Assembly (NCBI GenBank): GCA_964519305.1
Contig: CAZFHY010000002.1
Location: 96,001 to 160,000, forward strand
Source: Candidatus Undinarchaeota archaeon
GTDB lineage: Archaea; SpSt-1190; JASMDC01
DNA: 64,000 bases
Direction of reading: 5' to 3'
This document shows positions 30,249-40,739 of the stretch, piece by piece. The notes under the pieces are model-generated. The model saw only the letters and a program-made list of their open reading frames with translations. It had not been told where the DNA came from and ran no database searches. Each line of letters starts with the position of its first letter. The first letter of the stretch is position 1. A program made the position numbers and the translations under genes.

Positions 30249-31934
30249 ATGCGGTTCGATGAGCTCGCCGATGTGTACGCAGCTCTTGAGGCCACGTCCA
30301 AGCGGCTCGAGAAACGGGATATAGTCGCTGAGCTGCTTCGACGGACGCCGTCAGAACTGTTGGACCGCGTTCCTCTATTGGTGATGGGGCGGGTGTTCCC
30401 TACTTATTCCGGCAAGAAGCTGGAATACGGCGAGAAGCTATTCCTCAAGGCGGCCTCATCGGTGTCCGGTTTCACGGTCGAGTCGCTGGAACGGCGCATC
30501 CGGGATCTGGGTGATATAGGTCTCGCGGTGGAAGCCTGCGTCCAGGAGAAACCTCAGACGAGCCTGTTGACCTTCGCAGGTGGGGGAGGGGAGCGAACCC
30601 TCACCGTCACCGAGGTCCATGATGCGCTCCGCAGGTTAGCGCAGAAGAGCGGTGCGGACTCACAGTCACACAAGGCCAAGGTCATCATCGATCTTCTGAG
30701 CAACGCGACCGCCCTAGAAGCGCGCTATCTCGCCCGGTTGGTCCTGGAGCAGATGCGTGTGGGGGTCGGTGAGGGCGTGATGCGGGACGCCATTGCTCTT
30801 GCGTACGAAGTGGAGCCTGCTGTCATCGAGCGTGCTCACGCCCTGGTCAATGATTATGGTCGTGTGGCCGTGGCTGCACGAGAGGGCGGGCAGGAGGCTC
30901 TGGACGCCATGAAGCTGGCACCGGGGACGCCGCTCAAGTGCATGCTTGCCCAGAAAGTGCCCACGGTCGAGGAAGGGCTGACGGGTGCCGGGGGCACAGC
31001 TGCCTTCGAGTACAAGTACGATGGCATCAGGCTCCAAGTGCACCGGGATGGTGATAAAATCACTCTTTTCACCCGTCGGTTGGAGAACGTCACACGTCAG
31101 TTCCCCGAGATAGTCGAGGCCGTACGTGACGCTGTCAAGGCCGAACGGTACATCCTCGAGGGAGAGCTTGTGGCCGTTGACGAGACGGGGATGCCCCTAC
31201 CATTCCAGGAGCTTTCCCGACGCGTCCGGCGCAAGTACGATATTGAGCGTATGGTTAGGGCCATCCCTGTGATCCTCAATATCTTTGACGTGCTCATCGT
31301 TGGAGAGCGTACACTAGTAGAGCTACCCCTCCGCGAGCGGCGCCAGGTGCTCGAGAGTATCGTTGAGGAGAGTGATCGCGTGCTCCTCTCCCGTACTCTG
31401 GTCACCGACAATGCAGATGAAGCGCGCGAGTTCTACGAGGAGGCGCTTTCCCAGGGGCATGAGGGGGCCATGATCAAGAACCTCGATGCTCCCTACCAGG
31501 CCGGATCGCGTGTAGGATACATGTACAAGCTCAAGCCAACGCTCGAGACGCTTGATGTAGTGGTCGTTGGTGCCGAGTGGGGCGAAGGCCGACGTGCGTC
31601 CTGGTTCGGCAGCTTCTTGCTCGCGGTCCGCGACGGCGATGGATTCGCCCTCGTGGGACGGATGGGCACAGGCCTGACGGACGAGCAGTTTTCTCATATC
31701 ACCGAAGTGCTCCGACCGCTCATGGAGCGGGAGTCGGGACGGGAGGTCACCTTCACTCCGCGTATCGTCGTAGAGGTCGCGTACGAGGAGCTCCAGCAGT
31801 CGCCTACGTATGATTCCGGGTATGCTCTACGTTTCCCGCGACTCGTCCGGTTCCGTGACGACCTGGGTACAGAGGACGCTGACGACGTGGACCGATTACG
31901 GCGTATCTATACGATCCAGAAAGCACGGGGCTGA
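30249..31934 (+). CDS. lig: ATP-dependent DNA ligase
   Basis: EYKYDG (motif I), LEGE, FDVL, EGAMIK, KLK, ALRFPR. Confidence 0.96.
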   Translation: MRFDELADVYAALEATSKRLEKRDIVAELLRRTPSELLDRVPLLVMGRVFPTYSGKKLEYGEKLFLKAASSVSGFTVESLERRIRDLGDIGLAVEACVQEKPQTSLLTFAGGGGERTLTVTEVHDALRRLAQKSGADSQSHKAKVIIDLLSNATALEARYLARLVLEQMRVGVGEGVMRDAIALAYEVEPAVIERAHALVNDYGRVAVAAREGGQEALDAMKLAPGTPLKCMLAQKVPTVEEGLTGAGGTAAFEYKYDGIRLQVHRDGDKITLFTRRLENVTRQFPEIVEAVRDAVKAERYILEGELVAVDETGMPLPFQELSRRVRRKYDIERMVRAIPVILNIFDVLIVGERTLVELPLRERRQVLESIVEESDRVLLSRTLVTDNADEAREFYEEALSQGHEGAMIKNLDAPYQAGSRVGYMYKLKPTLETLDVVVVGAEWGEGRRASWFGSFLLAVRDGDGFALVGRMGTGLTDEQFSHITEVLRPLMERESGREVTFTPRIVVEVAYEELQQSPTYDSGYALRFPRLVRFRDDLGTEDADDVDRLRRIYTIQKARG

Positions 31935-31946
31935 TAGCTGTTAGGC

Positions 31947-32225
31947 TCAACCAAAGGCGTTCTCCGAGGTCCGAGCCCGACATTCCTTCTTCATATTCAC
32001 GTTATTAATACGCTCACATAGTGTGGTGTTGACGGTCTCGACGAGGAGGCGATGATAGCAGGAGTCCTTCTCATCATCGAAGTCCAATGAAGCGCAGTTA
32101 TCGAGCGCTTCCTGGAGCTCCTCCTCGGTAATCTCGGGTATACTTGGCTCGCCTCTTGGTGTCGTACAAAGGCTCAGGACAAGGAGGGCCGTCACCATGG
32201 CACTCACGATGAGGCGCTCATCCAT
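31947..32225 (-). CDS. Small membrane-anchored Cys-containing protein
   Basis: N-terminal TM/lipobox-like LVLSLC; C...DSCY...LCERI...KECR pattern. Confidence 0.6.
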   Translation of the reverse strand: MDERLIVSAMVTALLVLSLCTTPRGEPSIPEITEEELQEALDNCASLDFDDEKDSCYHRLLVETVNTTLCERINNVNMKKECRARTSENAFG

Positions 32226-32276
32226 ATGTATCATATAGCGTTCTAGATATAAATACTTGGATGCATAATCGTGAGC

Positions 32277-32588
32277 ATGGGCTCCATGAGTTTCCAAAAA
32301 AAAGTGCTCGAGCTCACATGCTATATCCCCCGAGGTAAGGTCACGACCTACGGAGAGCTGGCTCAGGCGTTGGGGTCTCCTCAGGCCGCACGGGCGGTTG
32401 GGAACGCCCTCCACGCGAACACCCGCCCGGTCGTGGTCCCCTGCCATCGCGTGGTGCGTGCTGACGGTTCGATAGGTGGCTACGGTGGCGGTGTCCCCCG
32501 TAAGGTGGAACTCTTACAGGAAGAAGGTGTCGAAGTGAAAGAAGGACATATCGACCTGCAGCGGTTCGGATTCAAGTTCCACGTCTGA
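32277..32588 (+). CDS. ogt: Methylated-DNA--protein-cysteine methyltransferase (C-terminal domain only)
   Basis: IPRGKVTTYG, ARAVGNA, active-site PCHRVV. Confidence 0.88.
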   Translation: MGSMSFQKKVLELTCYIPRGKVTTYGELAQALGSPQAARAVGNALHANTRPVVVPCHRVVRADGSIGGYGGGVPRKVELLQEEGVEVKEGHIDLQRFGFKFHV

Positions 32589-32617
32589 GCAAGCCTTATA
32601 TACCATTAGACACGTTT

Positions 32618-33298
32618 ATGTATAAGGGGATTATCACGGGCGAGGTGCTCACGCGCGTTGAGCGCATGCGCCTGCAGCTGCGGGCGGTGGGGTTACTCCG
32701 ATACTTGAAGGAGAGCTATACCTACAGTTTTCTGGCCGATGTCACCGGACTGGACATTACCGTGCTCAACCGGTACGTCAAGGGCCGCGTGGTACCGAGC
32801 GAGGAGAAGGCATGGGCGCTCATACGCGTGCTTGGAGAACGGTTCCCTCTCGCAGAGGCCATTCGACGTCAAGTGGTACCGGAATCCGGTGATCCCGTTG
32901 ACCTGTCCCTCCTTGGCGAGGATCCTGCACTGCTCGTACTTGTCGCGGACGATGTTGCGGGACGGTTCCAGACCCATGAGGTGGACATCGTCGTGACGTG
33001 TGACAGCGCCGCGCTAGCGATCCAGATCGCTGCCCGGCTCAATGCCCGGTCGGCAATCGCAGTACCCAGCAAGAAGAGTAAGACGTTGACCCTCAGGCGT
33101 CGGCTCGTCAGACCGGACGACGCCGTCCTCATCGTTGACAATGTCACCGATGGCGGAGCGGGTCTTCATGCACTGAAGGATGCGGTCCAGCATGCCAGGG
33201 GGCAGGTCCTGGGCGCCGTGGTGCCCGTGGCGACGACACCCTTCAAACGAACGAAAGGAACGGACTCAATGCCCGTAAGAGTGATGGTTGAGGTGTGA
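32618..33298 (+). CDS. HTH + phosphoribosyltransferase-like protein (PurR-type regulator)
   Basis: HTH (YSFLADVTGLDITVLNRYVKG) fused to a PRT fold with degenerate VLIVDNVTDGG. Confidence 0.72.
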   Translation: MYKGIITGEVLTRVERMRLQLRAVGLLRYLKESYTYSFLADVTGLDITVLNRYVKGRVVPSEEKAWALIRVLGERFPLAEAIRRQVVPESGDPVDLSLLGEDPALLVLVADDVAGRFQTHEVDIVVTCDSAALAIQIAARLNARSAIAVPSKKSKTLTLRRRLVRPDDAVLIVDNVTDGGAGLHALKDAVQHARGQVLGAVVPVATTPFKRTKGTDSMPVRVMVEV

Positions 33299-33302
33299 TG
33301 AC

Positions 33303-34637
33303 ATGAAAGAGATCTATATTGGCCGCAGCGAAAAGGACGTGAAGAAGTGGGGTGATGTGGGCACAGCCTTGCTTGGAAAGCACTACGTTACCACAGGGGG
33401 CGAGGTCAACCTTTCGAACAAGGTCCATCTCGACCTGGTGAAACCCCACGTCATGTTCATCTGTGGGAAGCGAGGTACAGGTAAGTCCTACACTATGGGC
33501 ACCATCGCTGAGGGTATCCAGCTCCTACCTCGAAAGGTGAAGGACAATCTCGCCTGCGTCATCGTGGACATCATGGGCATCTACTGGACCATGCGATTCC
33601 CCAACGAACGTGAGGCCGACATCGTGCGGATGTGGGACCTCGATCCCACGGGCATCGACGTCAACGTCATGGTGCCACTCGGGTGGGTGGAAAAGTTCAA
33701 GGAGATGAACATACCATTCGATGCACCCTTCTCCTTCATCCCCGGGGAACTCACTGCCAACGACTGGTGCAACACGTTCGGGCTCGAGCTATTCGGAAAG
33801 TACGGTGTAATCATAGAGCGTATCGTAAAGAAGCTCAAGAACGAGTTCGTCACCGACTTCGGTATCGATGAGATCATCGACACGATCCGGAACGACAAGA
33901 AATCGGATGTGGCCATCAAGGAGGCGCTGGAGAACCGGTTCAGTGCTGCCGATGACTGGGGTATATTCTCTAAGGACGGCACTGCCATCGCTGATATCGC
34001 CGCTCGCGGTAAGGTGAACGTGCTGGACACATCGACGCTGGAAGCGGCCATCGGTGGTTTCTCCACAAAGGCACTTGTCATCGGGCTCGTGGCCCTCAAG
34101 ATCCTGGAGGCCCGCATGCTCACCAGGAAGGTGGAGGAGCATGCTGGAGTGGAGTCATCGCAATCGATGTTCGGTGGAGAGGACTCGGCAGCATTGGCCA
34201 AGAAGATGATCCCGATGACATGGCTGATCATTGATGAGGCGCACCAGGCCCTGCCCCACCCCAGCGAGGGTGTGACCCCGGCATCCGTGCCTCTCATCCG
34301 GATCCTGCGAGAGGGGCGTCAGCCCGGGGTTACCCTGGTGGCCGCTACACAGCAGCCCGGTAAGATCCATACTGACGTCCACTCACAGACCGACCTGCTG
34401 TTATCCCATCGCGTTACAGCTCAGCCGGACGTCGTCTCCCTCAACTCGATCATGGGCTCGTACATGTCGAAGTCCCTTGAGGGTTACATCCACGCTCTGC
34501 CAAAGGAGGTGGGCTCGGCGCTCATGCTCGATGACGCCAACGAGAAGGTGTACGCCATCCGTGCCCGGCCACGGCTCAGCTGGCATGCGGGTGAGGGTGC
34601 ATGCGCTCTCCAGTTGGCCAAGGACGAGGTGCTTTAG
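33303..34637 (+). CDS. HerA/FtsK-like (DUF87) ATPase
   Basis: GKRGTGKS, IIDEAH, REGRQPG, ATQQP. Confidence 0.85.
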   Translation: MKEIYIGRSEKDVKKWGDVGTALLGKHYVTTGGEVNLSNKVHLDLVKPHVMFICGKRGTGKSYTMGTIAEGIQLLPRKVKDNLACVIVDIMGIYWTMRFPNEREADIVRMWDLDPTGIDVNVMVPLGWVEKFKEMNIPFDAPFSFIPGELTANDWCNTFGLELFGKYGVIIERIVKKLKNEFVTDFGIDEIIDTIRNDKKSDVAIKEALENRFSAADDWGIFSKDGTAIADIAARGKVNVLDTSTLEAAIGGFSTKALVIGLVALKILEARMLTRKVEEHAGVESSQSMFGGEDSAALAKKMIPMTWLIIDEAHQALPHPSEGVTPASVPLIRILREGRQPGVTLVAATQQPGKIHTDVHSQTDLLLSHRVTAQPDVVSLNSIMGSYMSKSLEGYIHALPKEVGSALMLDDANEKVYAIRARPRLSWHAGEGACALQLAKDEVL

Positions 34638-34755
34638 GCAGAGGCTCAGGAACTTCGGGTGCCGGCCTTTGCATTGCATGAAATAGTGTTATAAATCGTT
34701 CCTACGTTCTGTTCTATCAGGAGCGGTTTGGTGACAGTTCTAGGTGGAAAACTGA

Positions 34756-37239
34756 ATGGCGGGAGACAAACTCGACTCACTTGTGAAGGCTCTTGTGACC
34801 CAGCTCGGTGTGCTCGTAGTGCTGGTGCTCATTGCAGTGGTGGTACATGCGGGGCTCGGGGGTGACGCGGCGTCCTTCGGCAGACGTGGCTGGGGTAGCT
34901 TCAAGTTCCCTGCACGATATCAGCCAGTCATCGATCAGAAGGCCGTGGCCAAGGTGCCGTCCGATATCGATCCGATGAAAATGGACAAGGCACGCGTTGA
35001 TGTACTTAAACGGGCCGAGTCCATCCTGAAACAGGACTCTGACAACGATGATGTCCCTGATTTTATGGACCCTTGCCCCTCTAAGAAGGGCGATGGGGAG
35101 AACGGTTGTCCTCCGTGCAAGATCGATACTGATGGGAAGGCATTCTTTACCTGGGGCCGCGTAGGCCGCTTCACCAAGAATCCCTTGGGCGGGATGCCCA
35201 AGGGAATGAAGATGGGCAAGGACGGTATTCCTGTGAGCGGAGGCCCCACCGTACCTACCTACGAGGTCGATTTCCTCGTCGAGGACCTCTGTCTCGGTAA
35301 TACCGTGCGCGATTACTACTGTGATGTCGATCCTTCAGATTGCGTGGACGATGTAATGATATTGGGTGCTGCCAGCTACATATCGGACATGGAGGCGACT
35401 ATGCTCTCATCGTCAGCATGTGTCGTTGAGCCAGCCGATACAGTTGACGGTGGAATGGTCGCGTACGAGGACGTCCCCTGTGTGTGCGGATGCTCGGGCG
35501 GCAAGTGCCTCTACGAGACCGACTCTGACAAGGACGGGACACCTGATTGTAACGATAATGATGATGACAACGATGGTGTCAAGGACGCCGTGGACAACTG
35601 CAAGCTCATACACAATCCCACACAACAGGATACGGATAATGACGGGCAGGGCGATTCATGCGACTACGATGATGATGGTGACGGATGCATGGACACGGTG
35701 GACAAATGGCCCACTACATCGTCAACGGATTTCGATGGTGACGGGTTCGCAAATGACTGCGATATGTGCCCCCAGGACAAGGATAACGATGGTGACGGGG
35801 ACGGGACCTGTGCCAACGAGGACAATTGTCCTACGGTGCCCAACGACCAGAGCGATATCGATGGTGACGGTATCGGGGATAACTGCGACTGCAAGGATGC
35901 GAAATGGAGCCCATACGAGGCCGGTGTCGATTGTGGCGGTGTTTGCCAGTTCAAGTGCCTTGAGCAGGACTGCAAGCTCGATGACGACTGGTGCGGTGAT
36001 GACCTCGAACCTCTCCGCCTGAGGGGAAAGCCCGAGGACGGTTTCATCGATGTGGTGTTCGTCCCCGACTACAGGTATGGATCACTAAACCAGTTCTACC
36101 TGGACTCGGAGGAAGCTGTGCGCGATGGTTTCTTGAAGATGAACGACATGACCGACATCCCATTCCCGGCCAACTCCTTCAACAAGTTCAATTTCTACTA
36201 TTACAAGGCCGGCCCTCTTGACGGGAAGATGCACGACTACTTGGCCAACTCCTCAGCGAGCTGTGCTGGAGAGCCGCCCGCGACCCTTGCGGGACTTGGT
36301 GGTGACGTAGCAGCGTTCCGTGATACGACCATCATCCTGTGCCCTGCTGGTACGAAAGGGTGCTGGGGCTGCTCGTCCGGAGGACCCGGAATCAACCACG
36401 CGCTCAACGTTGAGGAGGATCTCTTCAACCTCCTTCTCCACGAGGCCGGTCACGGGATATTCAGCCTGCAGGACGAGTACTGCGGGGACAAGACGTGGTA
36501 CGACGCTGCATTCTCTCCGAATAACATCTACCTCTCCCAGGCCGCCTGTACGAACGATGCCAATGCCAACGGATGGGTGAACGGCATCTGCACATTGATC
36601 TGTGCGGGGCACCACGCCGATCACACGATTGCCAGGAGCTCGACGGGTGTGGCCCTGTGGCGCTACGACCTCGACGTTCCTGATAACGATATCATGATCG
36701 CCTGTGGTCCGGGGTGCGGTGCGAACTACAAATATCACGAGGCCGATGCCCGCAGGGTCAACTGGGTGTTCGCCAACTGGCCGGAATCCGACACTCCGGC
36801 CATCCTCGTGCGCCTCCACATCAACGGTGACAGGATTACCGAACTGGAGCAGCAGTTGATGGGCTCGCACCCTGACCTGGGGATTGGGCCTGAGCACTTC
36901 AGGGTAGAGGTGCTAGCATCATCGGGCAAGACCGTCCTTGCGTACCCGCTCGTCGATCCGCGCATCCACTTGGGTGGAAGCGATGATAAGAATCCCGGCG
37001 AGGTCTACGAGCAGGCCGACTTCGCAATTGTAGCGCCCATAGTTGACGTGCTAGAGTCCATGCGTATAGTCGATCCTGCGACCGGTAAGGTGCTGATCAA
37101 GGTGGACCTGACCTACTCGTTCGGTGAGTTCTGTACGGGTCATACTGAGTACCCACCATGCCAAGGGAAGCCTCTGTCCGGGGTGAGCGTACCGGGCGTT
37201 TCCGTCCCGATTACGCCACCCGGGACGACGGGACCCTAG
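34756..37239 (+). CDS. Membrane-anchored/secreted protein with thrombospondin type 3 repeats and an HExxH zinc metallopeptidase (M64-like) domain
   Basis: N-terminal TM; DxDxDG/DNC repeats ~35518-35890; IDVVFV; LLHEAGHGIFSLQDEY with HEAGH at 36439-36453. Confidence 0.8.
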   Translation: MAGDKLDSLVKALVTQLGVLVVLVLIAVVVHAGLGGDAASFGRRGWGSFKFPARYQPVIDQKAVAKVPSDIDPMKMDKARVDVLKRAESILKQDSDNDDVPDFMDPCPSKKGDGENGCPPCKIDTDGKAFFTWGRVGRFTKNPLGGMPKGMKMGKDGIPVSGGPTVPTYEVDFLVEDLCLGNTVRDYYCDVDPSDCVDDVMILGAASYISDMEATMLSSSACVVEPADTVDGGMVAYEDVPCVCGCSGGKCLYETDSDKDGTPDCNDNDDDNDGVKDAVDNCKLIHNPTQQDTDNDGQGDSCDYDDDGDGCMDTVDKWPTTSSTDFDGDGFANDCDMCPQDKDNDGDGDGTCANEDNCPTVPNDQSDIDGDGIGDNCDCKDAKWSPYEAGVDCGGVCQFKCLEQDCKLDDDWCGDDLEPLRLRGKPEDGFIDVVFVPDYRYGSLNQFYLDSEEAVRDGFLKMNDMTDIPFPANSFNKFNFYYYKAGPLDGKMHDYLANSSASCAGEPPATLAGLGGDVAAFRDTTIILCPAGTKGCWGCSSGGPGINHALNVEEDLFNLLLHEAGHGIFSLQDEYCGDKTWYDAAFSPNNIYLSQAACTNDANANGWVNGICTLICAGHHADHTIARSSTGVALWRYDLDVPDNDIMIACGPGCGANYKYHEADARRVNWVFANWPESDTPAILVRLHINGDRITELEQQLMGSHPDLGIGPEHFRVEVLASSGKTVLAYPLVDPRIHLGGSDDKNPGEVYEQADFAIVAPIVDVLESMRIVDPATGKVLIKVDLTYSFGEFCTGHTEYPPCQGKPLSGVSVPGVSVPITPPGTTGP

Positions 37240-37261
37240 AGATCGGAGGGCTGTGGACAGG

Positions 37262-39586
37262 TCACTCCTCTTCATCGTCCGGCCCCTTAACGGGTCGGTC
37301 GATGATTAGGTCCCCCTCGATCATCCGGTATTTGAACCGCCTTGCGGTGCTCCTGGCCACGTCCATGATGTTGATTTCCTCGTCCTTGGTAGATATGACT
37401 ATCTCCGTGAGCTCTTTCAGCATGGCAGCAGTCTCGTCGCCGCAAAGGGAGATATCAGCGACGAGGAGCGCAGTGGCATCGTACCTGTCGCATAGTGCGG
37501 TTATGTGGTGGAGGAACTTGTAGAGCCGGGTAGTATCAGATTTAATCGCTGAGACCGGGAGCTCGATCACAACGAGGATGGAGCTTATCGGGAACGATTC
37601 CATGATCTGCCCGAGCTCGTAGGAGAGGGAGTTGAATCCCGTGTTGACCGTACTGCAGCCTGGTGATGTGGTCTTAGTCTCTTCGATGTTGGGATCGAGG
37701 GACACGAGCATGAAGCGGCCGTCTTCAAGGAGTGAGTCCACATCGATGTCCTGGGATGATAACAGGTGGTGAGCGACAGAAGTGCGGATAGAGGATAACC
37801 AGGCGGCGTTGCGGTATGTACGCAGGTTTGCAGCAATGAATGACGAGATGAACAGGTCCTTTGGGAACTGGCTATCGTAGGTGAGTAGGACCGAGTACTT
37901 GTTGGGGAGCTTTCCACACTCCCGCTCGATAGCATCGAAACCCCAAGCATGATTGTCCGCAAAGAACGCGTTCATCATCACATCAGAGACACCTGCTGCC
38001 CGATAGAGCGGTCGGTTAACGACCTCACGGATGTTCTCGCGCAATGCCTTCTCCATCTTCTCTCGTGACATGAAGCTCTTGAACGGTTCCAGAGCGAGCC
38101 GGTGAGCCCGCAGGTAGAGTCGGGAGATGTACCGCACCATCTCTTTATCGGTAGAGGTCTTCTTCTTACAGAACATGAGGAATGCGTCGCCATCAAACGT
38201 GATGTTGTCATCATCCGCCCGAACGAACTCCCCCCCCCACACTCCGTCGATGGCATTGATGACCACCGTTGAGAATCCTGCTTTCAAGGGAATGGTCGAT
38301 AGGAAGGTGTTCAAGACCTCTGACACTGCCTGGGCGAGCACGAGCCCTTGCGGGAGGATGTATCCCTCAATCCCGGGCGGGGGTCGACCATCAGCGTTGG
38401 TGACATGTTTGAAGATGTCGTCCTTGAGCTCGTCCTCAGAGTACACACGGTCGATCCGCGGTGGTTCTAGCTCAAGGAGGAGGTCCACTATGGAGAAGAA
38501 CAGCGCGCTCATCCCCTCCTGTACGCTCTTGTCATTGATGTCGAGGTCCTCAAGACCGAATGAACGATTCTCGGGATCGAAGGATAGCTTCTCGAGAGCA
38601 TCGTTCCCCTCGCAGACCTCTGCAATCGCTTTCTCGAGCTCTTCCGCAGCGACGAACTTAGCAGCAAGGTGATTGAGCACTTCCCCCGTCACGGGGCCGG
38701 AAGCGGTCTCACCAGCGGTCCGGACACGTACCTCGAGGACGAAGGACCTGATGAACGAGATGAGCGCACGTAGCTTATACACGTAACCAGCGATGATGAA
38801 CGTGAATCCCGCGAACGTGTAGAAGAGTATCTCCGGGAAGAAGCTCTGGAACAGGTGGGGGGGGAACACCCAGTACTCGTACACGAGAGTGCAAAGGAAC
38901 GCCGTGATGAGGACCGAGTCAACAATGATCCATTTGAACCGGTCGAACACGGGTCTTTCTCGGACAGCGAGCGCTCCGGATAAAGTGAAGTACGCATTGA
39001 CCATTACGAACGCTGCAATAGCCGTGACGGGGTAGACTTGGACATAGGAGTCGAGAGGGACCGGTCGATTGTAGACGATAGGGAGCGCGGTCCCTGCCCC
39101 AGCGACAAGCAGAGAGAACACCGCATATGAGAGATTCTCTCTTGCCAGGACGCGCGGTCTGAGATTGAACGCACTACACCAGTCAGCAAGGAACAACACC
39201 AACACCGTAGCGGTGAGGAACAGGAGTGTCAGCTTCACTTGGGGCATGAACACGGGCTCGTAATCCGCCGCCTCGGCAAGTAGGGCGACCGGGGACACGA
39301 GCACACTTGCCTGGAAGAGCATGAACCCGATGACGAACAGGACAAGGCTCGTGGTGAAACTGTCCCAAGCATCGGTCCGGATACTCGAGCGGATGGTCGA
39401 ACCGTGAACTAGGCCCAAGTGGATGACGACAGCCCAGAGGAGGGTACCCAGAGCCACTGACAATGGGTCCATGACGTCGACGAGTCGCTCCTCAGCCCCC
39501 GGGGCCAGGGCAGTGACAGGAGTGAGCAAGAGCATTAAGGTGGTGATCGTCTTTGCTCGGTTCGTCATCAGGTCATTACCGTCCAA
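37262..39586 (-). CDS. Polytopic membrane protein with C-terminal degenerate KaiC/RecA-like domain
   Basis: ~8 TM helices; WGFDAIERECGKLPNKYSVLLTYDSQFPKD aligns by eye to KaiC-type TGxxxLDxxLGGGLP...GxPGTGKT; TTG start with GGTGG SD. Confidence 0.65.
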   Translation of the reverse strand: MDGNDLMTNRAKTITTLMLLLTPVTALAPGAEERLVDVMDPLSVALGTLLWAVVIHLGLVHGSTIRSSIRTDAWDSFTTSLVLFVIGFMLFQASVLVSPVALLAEAADYEPVFMPQVKLTLLFLTATVLVLFLADWCSAFNLRPRVLARENLSYAVFSLLVAGAGTALPIVYNRPVPLDSYVQVYPVTAIAAFVMVNAYFTLSGALAVRERPVFDRFKWIIVDSVLITAFLCTLVYEYWVFPPHLFQSFFPEILFYTFAGFTFIIAGYVYKLRALISFIRSFVLEVRVRTAGETASGPVTGEVLNHLAAKFVAAEELEKAIAEVCEGNDALEKLSFDPENRSFGLEDLDINDKSVQEGMSALFFSIVDLLLELEPPRIDRVYSEDELKDDIFKHVTNADGRPPPGIEGYILPQGLVLAQAVSEVLNTFLSTIPLKAGFSTVVINAIDGVWGGEFVRADDDNITFDGDAFLMFCKKKTSTDKEMVRYISRLYLRAHRLALEPFKSFMSREKMEKALRENIREVVNRPLYRAAGVSDVMMNAFFADNHAWGFDAIERECGKLPNKYSVLLTYDSQFPKDLFISSFIAANLRTYRNAAWLSSIRTSVAHHLLSSQDIDVDSLLEDGRFMLVSLDPNIEETKTTSPGCSTVNTGFNSLSYELGQIMESFPISSILVVIELPVSAIKSDTTRLYKFLHHITALCDRYDATALLVADISLCGDETAAMLKELTEIVISTKDEEINIMDVARSTARRFKYRMIEGDLIIDRPVKGPDDEEE

Positions 39587-39746
39587 CCACCTTTCATCAC
39601 AGGAACTGCATACCCATGGGAAGTCCTTCCTGTGTACGGTTTATCCACTTTCCTAAGTCAAATTTCAAAAGGATTCGCATTCCCAGAGGGATTCAAAGGT
39701 GAGCGGTAACCGGGGTTTTATATAGGTTAGCGCACCTTCACGCGCC

Positions 39747-40739
39747 ATGTTCCTGCGCGAGGACGTGGTCCGCGAGCTCCTTGAATCACGATTAGTGAGA
39801 ATCCCCCCGGGCGGGGTGGCCCACTCCGTGGACGAGGCCTTGGATATGGCCGAAAGCGCGGGTTATCCTATAGTACTGCGGCCGCTCGACAGGGGCTCGA
39901 AGATCGTGTGCGAGAACGCAAAGACCCTCGAGTCATCGTTCCCTTCCACGGGAGGTGTGATAGAGAAGAAGGTGCCGCTGAACAACGGTGTGCGCCTGAC
40001 CATGCGCGTATGCGAGGAACGGTGCCAAGCACTCATCACCATCCAGGGGGAGGGTGACGAGCACATTGAGTACGTGGACCCCCTCCTCGGATTCGACGCG
40101 TTCCGGGCGTTGCGCCTGCTACGCACCGTCGATTGGAAGGACCAGCCTCTCCTGCGGGGATCAGCCATCATTATCGCCCTATACGAACTGTTCGAGACAA
40201 CTGATGCGGAACGACTGGAGGTGGATTGCCTTGCGGTCGTGGAGGGTGACGTGTTCGTCGTTCATACTTCGCTATATGTGGATGACGAGGCACGTGCGCG
40301 TCACCCTGAACTGAAGGATGCGGAGACCGTTGCCCCGATCATCCATGGTCCGGGTTCAGTGGGATGTGTAGTCTCCGGTAAGGGTATGGCATTGGCCGCC
40401 ATCGACGCTCTTGCGGCACATGACCTCGCACCATCACGAGTGATTGATATTGGCCCTGCCGTCACGAAAGAACGGATCGCTATTGCGCTCCACGAGGTGG
40501 CCGACGAGAAGGCGACTGAACTGGTGCTGATCTCCGTTGCATGCTGTATGTACCCCTGTTCGGACCTGACGAACGAAATCGTGCTATGGCGGAAGGAGCA
40601 CGAAGGGGTGCCTATAGGAGTGCACATAACAGGTGGAGGACAGGATGAGGCCTCTGCCAGCCTGAAAGAGGCCGATATCGAGATGGTCGCATCCCTTGGG
40701 AAAGCGGTCGATGCGCTCGTAGGGGGTGAAGGTGAATGA
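39747..40739 (+). CDS. Succinyl-CoA synthetase beta-subunit-like protein, catalytic motifs degenerate
   Basis: Colinear with SucC (MFLRE.., DPLLG, RHPEL, GSVGCVVSGKGMA, TKERI) but no GGRGKAGG, EINP or NIFGG. Confidence 0.8.
   Translation: MFLREDVVRELLESRLVRIPPGGVAHSVDEALDMAESAGYPIVLRPLDRGSKIVCENAKTLESSFPSTGGVIEKKVPLNNGVRLTMRVCEERCQALITIQGEGDEHIEYVDPLLGFDAFRALRLLRTVDWKDQPLLRGSAIIIALYELFETTDAERLEVDCLAVVEGDVFVVHTSLYVDDEARARHPELKDAETVAPIIHGPGSVGCVVSGKGMALAAIDALAAHDLAPSRVIDIGPAVTKERIAIALHEVADEKATELVLISVACCMYPCSDLTNEIVLWRKEHEGVPIGVHITGGGQDEASASLKEADIEMVASLGKAVDALVGGEGE

Noticed and set aside
35518-35890. Repetitive GAC/GAT-rich DNA as a non-coding repeat array
   Set aside because: Explained by Asp-rich TSP3 protein repeats
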